Positions 9,213 to 16,769 of a DNA stretch of 64,000 nt are shown here, one piece after another. The translations under genes and the position numbers were made by a program. Position 1 is the stretch's first letter. Every line of letters starts with the position of its first letter. The notes under the pieces are model-generated. The model had not been told where the DNA came from and did no database searches. It saw only the letters and a list, made by a program, of their open reading frames with translations. The stretch comes from Oligoflexia bacterium (GTDB lineage: Bacteria; Bdellovibrionota; Bdellovibrionia; JABDDW01): NCBI GenBank assembly GCA_043732305.1, contig JAYTHU010000094.1, positions 562 to 64,561 on the forward strand, read 5' to 3'.

Positions 9213-11552
9213 TTAAGGTTTCCAACAATTTGATGCTGGCTCCTGCCCTTTTCGAAACACCAATGACAAACTTTGTTGAGGCAAGAGGTAGGGTGGCATT
9301 TCCATCACGCAACTTTTATCGAAATTCAATTTTACCGCGCCGTCTGGAACGCTAAATGCGATCGGAGGTAAATGAGCTGCATACGCCTTCATGTAATCAA
9401 TCCATATTGGCAATGCGGCCATGGCGCCAGTCATTCCAGTTGGTTGAGGCTGGTCGAAACCAACCCAAACGATGGCCACATGCAAAGGTGTGAAACCACC
9501 AAACCAGCTGTCTTTGGTGTCTGATGTTGTTCCTGTTTTTCCAGCAGCGGGATGAATGAAGCCGGCGTCGCGTGCAGACTTTCCTGTTCCGCGATCAATC
9601 GCCCCTTCCATAAGACTGACGGTCTCGCGAGCCGCTACATCATCAACGGCTTGCAATGGTGATGGTTTAAATTCCCAAACAATTTTGCCTTGCTCGTTTT
9701 GAATTCGATACATAAAGGTCAAGGGATTGAGTTCACCATGGCGAGCAAGCGTGGAGTAAACTTGCAAAACTTCAAGTGGTGAGAGGGTGGCGGCACCCAG
9801 CGCTAAACTTGGCACCGAGAGCATTGAACTTTCGATTCCCATTTGTGATCCCGCTTCAGCAATTTTTTTAATTCCCACTTGCATCGCCACTTTGCTGGTA
9901 GAAGCGTTCAAACTTTTTTCAATCGCCAAATACAAAGGAATATTTCCAAAATATTTTAAATCGTAATTTTGTGGGGACCAAGATTGATTTTCATATTCCA
10001 CTGTGAAGGGCTCGTCCACTAACGGTGTCAAGGGAGTGAATGGTTTTCCATCGGCATTGCTATTTGAAAAAGCTGTCACAAAAACCACGGGTTTAAAAAT
10101 ACTTCCAACTTGGCGTTTGCTGTTCACGGCGCGGTTCAGTTGAGTTTCACCAAAACTTCTGCCACCCACCACTGCTTCCACAAATCCATTGGTGGGGTCT
10201 GCAGAAATCAAAACGCCTTGGAGTTTTTGTTTGTACTTCAATTCTTTTTTCTGAATGGCCGCAAAACTTTTTTCAATCGATAAAAGTCCACTGGTCACTG
10301 CTTGAGTGGCCGCTTGTTGCGCGCGCAAATTCAACGTAGTAAAAATTCGTAGACCATCCATGTTGTCAAATTTAAGGTTAGAAAGTTGATATTTAACCGA
10401 TTCAATAAAGAACGGGGCCTGGTCGCGAAGCAATCGTTGTGGCTGAGTGGGCAGAGCTTCTTTCTCCGCAGTCGAGTACTCCTCTTGATTGATAAGATTC
10501 AGTTCTAGCATGCGATGGAGAACTTGTTCGCGACGCTTGGTGGCTTTTTCCATGTGAGTGAATGGAGAATAAATCTGGGGACCACGAATACTCCCCGCGA
10601 GCATCGCTGATTCCGCCAATGTGAGTTCACTGGCTTGCTTGTTGAAAAAGAATTTTGCCGCGACGGCCACTCCATGGATTTCAAACGGTCCTGCTTGGCC
10701 CAAGTACACTTCATTCACATAAGTTTCTAGAATGTCGTCTTTAGAGAAACGTGATTCCAAAAGTAGCGCCATAATAATTTCAGTGATTTTTCTTTTGAAA
10801 GTTCTCTTCTGCGTGAGAAAATAATTTTTTACCAATTGCTGAGTGATGGTGCTTCCGCCTTCGCGCACTCCTCCATGCCAGAGATTTCTCAAAAAAGCGC
10901 GTCCCATTCCAGTCCAACTCACACCGGAGTGGGTGAGAAATTGACTGTCTTCAATGGCCATGACTGCATCAAGAAATGCCGTTGGAACATCAGAGAGTGT
11001 CACGATCTGACGCAAGACGGGTTGGCCGCCGTAGAATTGCGCAAAGAGTTCGGGTTCAAGTTCAATGACGGTTGCCGCTATTAACGGCGCCCCTTCATAG
11101 ACTTGCACCACGGCATCATCATTGTTCACTGACACCAATTGTTCAATTGGGTTTCCGCTGTTAGATGCGGAATTGATTTGGTCTTTGCGCGGATGAGACA
11201 GCCAATACCAGCAAGAACTTACCTCAGAAGGAAGATCGGAAATTTTAGCTTTGCACTTTTCAGCATTCAGTTTGGAATATTCTCCGGGTGCCAATTTCTT
11301 TTCTATAAGTACCGGTTTGTATTCAAGCCTAAATAAAGTTTGTTCAATGATTTTTGAGACTTGCGTTTGACCTTTGAGAATTCTTTCAGGGGCAGAGTAA
11401 AATTCTGTTGGCGCGACCCATCTTTTTCCGTTGAGTCGATCTTGAATAGTAGTATCCAAAGATTTAACCCAAAAAACTGCCAACACCAAACCAATGAGAC
11501 CGAAAGAAACGAGGCCAACCAACACTGAGATAAATCCATTTTTGTTTTTCAT
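9213..11552 (-). CDS. Class A penicillin-binding protein (bifunctional transglycosylase/transpeptidase).
   Basis: It has an N-terminal TM anchor. GT51 motifs are EDSQFLTHSGV and GGSTITQQLVKN. Transpeptidase motifs are SIFKP, SxN and KTGTT. Confidence 0.9.
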   Translation of the reverse strand: MKNKNGFISVLVGLVSFGLIGLVLAVFWVKSLDTTIQDRLNGKRWVAPTEFYSAPERILKGQTQVSKIIEQTLFRLEYKPVLIEKKLAPGEYSKLNAEKCKAKISDLPSEVSSCWYWLSHPRKDQINSASNSGNPIEQLVSVNNDDAVVQVYEGAPLIAATVIELEPELFAQFYGGQPVLRQIVTLSDVPTAFLDAVMAIEDSQFLTHSGVSWTGMGRAFLRNLWHGGVREGGSTITQQLVKNYFLTQKRTFKRKITEIIMALLLESRFSKDDILETYVNEVYLGQAGPFEIHGVAVAAKFFFNKQASELTLAESAMLAGSIRGPQIYSPFTHMEKATKRREQVLHRMLELNLINQEEYSTAEKEALPTQPQRLLRDQAPFFIESVKYQLSNLKFDNMDGLRIFTTLNLRAQQAATQAVTSGLLSIEKSFAAIQKKELKYKQKLQGVLISADPTNGFVEAVVGGRSFGETQLNRAVNSKRQVGSIFKPVVFVTAFSNSNADGKPFTPLTPLVDEPFTVEYENQSWSPQNYDLKYFGNIPLYLAIEKSLNASTSKVAMQVGIKKIAEAGSQMGIESSMLSVPSLALGAATLSPLEVLQVYSTLARHGELNPLTFMYRIQNEQGKIVWEFKPSPLQAVDDVAARETVSLMEGAIDRGTGKSARDAGFIHPAAGKTGTTSDTKDSWFGGFTPLHVAIVWVGFDQPQPTGMTGAMAALPIWIDYMKAYAAHLPPIAFSVPDGAVKLNFDKSCVMEMPPYLLPQQSLSLVFRKGQEPASNCWKP

Positions 11553-11601
11553 ATATCATGAGCCTAATTGTACATTGACAGAAAATCAAAATTAGATTCA
11601 G

Positions 11602-11889
11602 ATGGGGGCCATGAAAATCAATTCAAGCCAAATTGAAAGATTGGTGAGGGTAGTCATTGAGCGACTCAAAGACAAAGGCCTCATTCAATTCAAAATCCCC
11701 GAAAAACAAGTTTTTGATCGCGCCATACAGTTGGTTATGGACGATTTTAAAAAGGAAGACGACCTTCACGTCGAAGTGAACAAAATTCTCGACGATCTAG
11801 AAAAACAAAATCCTGGTGGTTTTGATCGTCGAAAGATGTTTTCAATGGTGAAGATCAAGCTCGCTAAGCAAAAGGGGATTGTCCTATGA
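11602..11889 (+). CDS. DUF507 family protein.
   Basis: 95-aa ORF resembling the small DUF507 family found in delta-type proteobacteria. It pairs with a second copy immediately downstream. Confidence 0.6.
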   Translation: MGAMKINSSQIERLVRVVIERLKDKGLIQFKIPEKQVFDRAIQLVMDDFKKEDDLHVEVNKILDDLEKQNPGGFDRRKMFSMVKIKLAKQKGIVL

Positions 11890-12158
11890 TTTTTTCCGAA
11901 GACAAGCAAACCCATTTGGCCCACGTCATTGTTGATGGGATTTGGAACGCCGATATAGTGGAGTATAATGATGAGGATCAGGCGATTCGCGAAGCTAAAA
12001 AAGCTGTCGTTGAGTATGTGAAGCAGGAAGTTTCCATAGATGAGGCTGTTTCTAAGAAAATAGCGACTTTGAAAAAAGGCGTTTTTGAAGGCTCTCGAGA
12101 ATACGATCTTCTCTATAAAAAGTACTATGAAGAAGAACAGAACAAGCATTCAAAATAA
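11886..12158 (+). CDS. DUF507 family protein (second tandem copy).
   Basis: 90 aa. Its start overlaps the upstream stop (ATGA). Size and charge pattern are similar to the first copy. Confidence 0.55.
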   Translation: MIFSEDKQTHLAHVIVDGIWNADIVEYNDEDQAIREAKKAVVEYVKQEVSIDEAVSKKIATLKKGVFEGSREYDLLYKKYYEEEQNKHSK

Positions 12159-12245
12159 AAATACTTGTATGGTAACGTATTGTACCGTATCGTTGGTTCA
12201 AGCGTTCACATCAAAGAGAATACATCTAACAAATAAGACATCAAT

Positions 12246-13748
12246 ATGCCCAAGGAGAATCTCTACGTGAACAAACTTGTGAACAAAACTATCGCGCTTA
12301 ATTTCACCTTACTTATATTTTTCATTTTAACTTTGGCCACAAACGCCGCGAGCGCCGCTGATCTTCAGTGGTCGGGTAGCTATCGCGCTGAAGGAAACTA
12401 TTTAAAGAATTTCACTTTCGACAATGGTGCCGGCAAAGAAGCCAGCTATATGACCAACCATTTGATTCTGTCTCCCAAAATTGTGGCCATGGACGGGCTG
12501 AATATCTATTCTCGCTTTGACCTCTTAAACAATGCCATTCAAAATAACTATTCTGGTCAGCCTTTAGGAACGTACACTGGGAACTTCACCAGCACCAGTG
12601 GACAATCATATCCACCTGCAGTCACAACTAATAGCCAAGGCAGCAATCAGACTTTCAATGTCACCGAGTTGTATATGAATTGGGTGAATGAATTCGGAGC
12701 CTTGGTTTTTGGTCGGGTGCCATTCGGATTCGGGCTCGGCATGCGATACAGCAAGGGCGAGGGCATGTTTGATCACTACGTGACCACTAAAGATATGGTG
12801 GGTTATCGTCTTGCCATCGGTAATTTTACTCTTATGCCAGCATACGGAAAAGTTAAAGAAGGCAATCTTCTTAATGAAGATGACATCAATGATTACATTG
12901 TGATGGCCGAATATAAAAATCCTGAATCTGATGTTGAATTTGGCGTTCTCTACGATCAGAGAATCGGCCCAGTAGATGCGAGTTCCCCCGTTAACGGCAA
13001 CGATATTCCCGCCACTTATTTTGATCCTACTGCAACCATTCAAGCTGGGTACAACGTCTACAACATGAATTTGTTTTTGAAAAAGAAAACCGAAAATTTC
13101 GATTTTGGCGTCGAAGGCGGATTTCAAAATGGTGATACAGGTGCGAGAACCTCTAGTGGGAAAATGGTTGATGTGGCTGGATTTGGTGTGGCCGCAGAGG
13201 CTACTTATCGTGCGGGCACTTTGACTTATAATTTACACGCAGGTATGGCAACTGGTGATAACCCCGATACCACTCGTTTTGAAGGATACTTTTTCAGCCC
13301 CAACTATAACTTGGCTATGATGATGTTTCATCATCCCATGGGACAGTATGATGCAATGAGATCTGCTCTTGCAGGATCTCGTCCTTGGCAATATTCATCC
13401 GACCCCGCAGTCCAAGCGCTTCAGGGTTTAGATACTGAAACAGTCAGTAATGCGATTTACCTTTCGCCTAAAGTCAGTTGGGCGATGGGCGAACGCTACG
13501 ATGCGACAGCAACTTTCTGCTACGCGATCACACAACAAAATCCACTGTCTGCCGCACTTGGCACCGTGGGTAACTCTCTTGGTTTTGAAATGGATTATGG
13601 ATTTAGATATCACATGGGCGATAAATTCGTGTGGGAGACAACAGTTGGTCTCTGGTTCCCAGGTTCTGCCTGGGCCGGAAGTCCTTCAAGCAACTACGCG
13701 ACCTCACTTGCTTATGGTGCAACTTCGAAAGCCGCCATCAACTTCTGA
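12246..13748 (+). CDS. Outer-membrane beta-barrel protein (porin or transporter-like).
   Basis: It has a signal peptide (LLIFFILTLATNAASAAD), alternating amphipathic G/Y/F/N-rich beta-strand pattern and a C-terminal aromatic residue (..AAINF), which is the typical OMP C-terminal signature. The true start may be GTG near 12267. Confidence 0.7.
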   Translation: MPKENLYVNKLVNKTIALNFTLLIFFILTLATNAASAADLQWSGSYRAEGNYLKNFTFDNGAGKEASYMTNHLILSPKIVAMDGLNIYSRFDLLNNAIQNNYSGQPLGTYTGNFTSTSGQSYPPAVTTNSQGSNQTFNVTELYMNWVNEFGALVFGRVPFGFGLGMRYSKGEGMFDHYVTTKDMVGYRLAIGNFTLMPAYGKVKEGNLLNEDDINDYIVMAEYKNPESDVEFGVLYDQRIGPVDASSPVNGNDIPATYFDPTATIQAGYNVYNMNLFLKKKTENFDFGVEGGFQNGDTGARTSSGKMVDVAGFGVAAEATYRAGTLTYNLHAGMATGDNPDTTRFEGYFFSPNYNLAMMMFHHPMGQYDAMRSALAGSRPWQYSSDPAVQALQGLDTETVSNAIYLSPKVSWAMGERYDATATFCYAITQQNPLSAALGTVGNSLGFEMDYGFRYHMGDKFVWETTVGLWFPGSAWAGSPSSNYATSLAYGATSKAAINF

Positions 13749-13821
13749 TTCAACCACGGAAAACTTCTAAGTACGACATCTGAGATTGCAACTTAAGAAC
13801 AGGCAAACGGCGGCGAGCAGG

Positions 13822-13852
13822 GCCCCCTGGGGAAACCCAGGGGTTTTTTGTT
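13822..13852 (+). terminator. Rho-independent terminator.
   Basis: CCCCTGGG-GAAA-CCCAGGGG hairpin followed directly by TTTTTTG, about 75 nt after the OMP stop codon. Confidence 0.8.
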
Positions 13853-13938
13853 CGTGATTAAAACACCGCGCGGAAATCCCGGGCATTCATATCCTCGAAA
13901 AAAGACCTTCATCCATAATTTTATGTGGCTTGAAGATT

Positions 13939-14856
13939 TTACGGAGAAATTAGGACTATAAATTCTTGTTCATACTTCTGAAAGCCGGGATCAAGCATGA
14001 TGCGGAGAATGCTTGAAGAATAAAGTGGGGCTTCGGCTTCGGTTAGGTTTTTCCGAGGGATCAATCCAGAGAGAACAAATCCCTGGCCTGCGGGAATATT
14101 GATGCTCTCCGAAAAATCTTGAGAAACCACTCTGATTTCTCCGTTGGTCCCGCTCTCAGGGATGCTACGTTTAATATTGATTTTATAATCCGCGTTGTTA
14201 ACAGCGAAGTGACTCATGAAGACATCAATTTGAATTCCAATGTTTTCCCGAGATTTTGGCTCTTGGGAGATCTGAGAAAAATGCGCTTGTTGTTGTTGGT
14301 CGAGAGCATGAGTTTCTGAGCTCAAACTCTGCAGTACCCTTGGAGGTTTAATAGCCGTAACAACAGATCCTGGAGAGCCCACTGAAAGTCCCAATTTTTC
14401 CATGGTCTCCTTTGGAGCAAGTGCAAACTCAACTGTGATTTGATTTGAAATTTCAGCATCCACTGCAGATGGCGCAGCCGTGGCATCCGGCGATGCACTT
14501 GCTTCTGAAACAGCCGCAGTAGGGACTGCGTCGCTTTTGTTAACTGGAGCTATGGCCGAATCATTTAAAGGAATTGGCTTCGAAGCCTCAGTGTTTTGTT
14601 TCGTAGCTTTGTTGAGTTCTTTATTGAAATCATCCAAAGCATCGCCAGTTTTCAGAGTATTGGTTTTGATTTTGTCGTAGGAGTCGGAAATTTTAATAGC
14701 AAGAAACCCCGCCATACTAATAAGTGCGAGACCAACAACAATTAACCCGAACTTAGATCTAGTTCGGGGAGCGGTAAAGGATTTCATGTTCACGCCGCAG
14801 CTGGCACAGAACACGTCTTCTGGTTGCTCGAATTCACATTTAGGGCATTTGACCAT
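13939..14856 (-). CDS. Membrane protein with N-terminal zinc ribbon, one TM helix, an Ala/Pro/Ser-rich linker and a C-terminal secretin-like fragment.
   Basis: The N-terminus is CPKCEFEQ...CASCG (CxxC...CxxC). The TM helix is FGLIVVGLALISMAGFLAI. The C-terminal ...INIPAGQGFVLSGLIPRKNLTEAEAPLYSSSILRIMLDPGFQKYEQEFIVLISP aligns with the C-terminal core of the cpaC secretin in this window (ALSGLIRSE...PILSSIPLLGELFKSR...ELVIFVTP). Confidence 0.65.
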   Translation of the reverse strand: MVKCPKCEFEQPEDVFCASCGVNMKSFTAPRTRSKFGLIVVGLALISMAGFLAIKISDSYDKIKTNTLKTGDALDDFNKELNKATKQNTEASKPIPLNDSAIAPVNKSDAVPTAAVSEASASPDATAAPSAVDAEISNQITVEFALAPKETMEKLGLSVGSPGSVVTAIKPPRVLQSLSSETHALDQQQQAHFSQISQEPKSRENIGIQIDVFMSHFAVNNADYKINIKRSIPESGTNGEIRVVSQDFSESINIPAGQGFVLSGLIPRKNLTEAEAPLYSSSILRIMLDPGFQKYEQEFIVLISP

Positions 14857-14915
14857 ATAGAAAAGGATAACACATAAAAATTGGGCGCCAAAAGGAAGCT
14901 GTTGGAAAAAGTGTA

Positions 14916-14944
14916 TTGACGCAACGATCAGAAAACCTTAAAGT
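14916..14944 (+). promoter_or_regulatory. Candidate sigma-70 promoter of the mra operon (Pmra).
   Basis: TTGACG (14916-14921), a 17-nt spacer, then TAAAGT (14939-14944). It lies about 120 nt upstream of the mraZ ATG and overlaps the first AGTGG repeat. Confidence 0.4.
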
Positions 14945-14980
14945 GGAGTCAAGTGGGGCAGAGTGGTAGAAAGTGGTAAT
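14941..14980 (+). promoter_or_regulatory. MraZ-type operator: four direct AGTGG repeats at exact 10-bp phasing.
   Basis: The sequence is aAGTGGagtc aAGTGGggca gAGTGGtaga aAGTGGtaat, with repeats at 14942, 14952, 14962 and 14972. MraZ is known to bind phased direct GTGG/TGGG repeats just downstream of its own promoter. Confidence 0.6.
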
Positions 14981-15065
14981 TTACGACAGCATGCTCTCTG
15001 CTCCACTTCTAAGCCTAAGGATGGGCTTGGGCTTATTTGTATGCCCCCATTGAGGTAACCAGTTC

Positions 15066-15542
15066 ATGAAGAACACACAACCTTTCCGCGGTCGCTTTGA
15101 ACTTAAAGTCGATCCAAAATTTAGATTGTCTCTACCTTCCGCTTTTCGCGAAATATTAGATTCCGTTTCTCGCGCAGGCTCCACGCCGAGTACGGTAATC
15201 ACCAATAGTCAATATCAGGGCAAAAAGTGTCTTGATGTTTATCCCTCCGCTGAATGGACTAAGTTGGAAAATCGAATCGCCAAATTGCCACAACTAAAAT
15301 TGGAAGTTCAAAACTTTCAAAGATTTTATCTTTCAGGCGGTCACAATGTGGATCTTGATTCTCAGGGCCGCATACTGATCCCGTCCTCTTTAAGAGCATA
15401 CGCTCAAATTCAAACAGAAGTTGTGATTGTCGGATTTGCAGGCAAGTTCGAAATCTGGGCTGCAGAAATCTGGAATGGTCTATTTGAAACTCTCGCCGAA
15501 GACTTCACGCAAACACTTGCTGCTGTGAGTTTACTGGAATGA
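15066..15542 (+). CDS. mraZ: Transcriptional regulator MraZ.
   Basis: 158 aa with a duplicated MraZ fold. The N-terminus is FRGRFELKVDPKFRLSLPSAFRE and the second half is ...DSQGRILIPSSLR. It is the first gene of the dcw cluster. Confidence 0.9.
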   Translation: MKNTQPFRGRFELKVDPKFRLSLPSAFREILDSVSRAGSTPSTVITNSQYQGKKCLDVYPSAEWTKLENRIAKLPQLKLEVQNFQRFYLSGGHNVDLDSQGRILIPSSLRAYAQIQTEVVIVGFAGKFEIWAAEIWNGLFETLAEDFTQTLAAVSLLE

Positions 15543-16456
15543 AACATCTTCCCGTTTTATTCGATGAAGTGATGCAGGCGTTTAAAGATCAGACAAAAGT
15601 TCCTGACAGAATTCTTGATGGAACGTTCGGGCGTGGTGGCCATACTGAGGGTTTACTACAAAGTTTCCCTAGTCTCCAGATAGCCGCGTTCGACAAAGAT
15701 CCCGATGCGGTTAAAATGGCCCTTGGAGATTTTACCGAAAAATTCAAAAAGCGGTTTCAAATTGTGCATGACGATTTTAAAAATCTTGCTGAACATGAGC
15801 TCGGATTTTTTGATGGCGCGCTCTTCGATCTCGGGATCAGCAGTCCTCAGATAGACGTTGCGGACCGTGGATTTAGTTTTATGAATGATGGCCCGCTTGA
15901 TATGCGGATGAACACGGCCGACCAATCTTTAAGCGCTAAAGAAATCATAAATGAATGGGAAGAAAAAGAGCTATCCGATCTTTTTTTCCATACGGGCGAA
16001 ATCAAGAAACCAAATCGAGTGGTGCGCGCCATCGTGAACGATAGAAAAACAAAACCTTTTGAGACCACTCGCCAACTGGCCTCTCTCATCGAGAGGGTAG
16101 ACGGATACAAAAGCAAAGGTCATCATCCTGCAACAAACTATTTCCTAGCATTGCGCTTGGTTGTCAATGGGGAGTTGGAGGGGCTTGAGACATTTCTGAA
16201 AACGATTCCTCAACACATGAGTCACGGTGCAAGAGTTTGTGTGATCAGCTTTCATAGCACTGAAGATCGCATTGTTAAAAACGCTTTTAAAGAATTAGCA
16301 GACAAGAAGTTTGGGTCCATCATAAATAAAAGAGTCATCGTCGGTTCTGACGCTGAAGTGAAGTCAAATCCTCGCTCAAGAAGTGCGAAATTACGAATAT
16401 TTGAAATTGGAACCCTCATTGATAAATCAAGGAAGAATAAATATGCTCAGGAATAA
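15539..16456 (+). CDS. rsmH: 16S rRNA (cytosine1402-N4)-methyltransferase.
   Basis: ILDGTFGRGGHTEGLL SAM-binding motif. Its ATGA start overlaps the mraZ stop. Confidence 0.9.
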   Translation: MKHLPVLFDEVMQAFKDQTKVPDRILDGTFGRGGHTEGLLQSFPSLQIAAFDKDPDAVKMALGDFTEKFKKRFQIVHDDFKNLAEHELGFFDGALFDLGISSPQIDVADRGFSFMNDGPLDMRMNTADQSLSAKEIINEWEEKELSDLFFHTGEIKKPNRVVRAIVNDRKTKPFETTRQLASLIERVDGYKSKGHHPATNYFLALRLVVNGELEGLETFLKTIPQHMSHGARVCVISFHSTEDRIVKNAFKELADKKFGSIINKRVIVGSDAEVKSNPRSRSAKLRIFEIGTLIDKSRKNKYAQE

Positions 16457-16769
16457 ATCTCTGGAAAGTTTTCAAACATCAGCTCAAAGCTGGGCACCCT
16501 TTCTTTCAGTCCTTATTTTAATTTTTACAGGACTCGCCTGTGTTTTTATAAAAATGGAAGTTGTTCAAGAAGGTTATCAGATTTTGAAAACGGGGAGAGC
16601 CGTCCGAGAATTGTCGGATGAAAAATCACGTTTGGAAATGCAATACGCCAAACTCACCCGGCCCTCACGTCTGGATAAAATTGGCACTGAAAGACTTGCG
16701 CTTGGGAAGATCCAAAAGAATCAAGTTATCATGATGGCCGGTCATGGTGAGATTGCCGTTCGCCAATGA
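16443..16769 (+). CDS. ftsL: Cell division protein FtsL.
   Basis: A small bitopic protein with one TM helix (FLSVLILIFTGLACVFI) and a coiled-coil tail, placed between rsmH and ftsI. Start chosen at ATG 16443; the track offers an upstream alternative at 16383. Confidence 0.75.
   Translation: MLRNKSLESFQTSAQSWAPFLSVLILIFTGLACVFIKMEVVQEGYQILKTGRAVRELSDEKSRLEMQYAKLTRPSRLDKIGTERLALGKIQKNQVIMMAGHGEIAVRQ

Noticed and set aside
9164-9355. 63-aa plus-strand ORF across the PBP 3' end and the upstream intergenic inverted repeats.
   Set aside because: It overlaps the PBP stop region on the opposite strand. It is more likely non-coding sequence containing hairpins.
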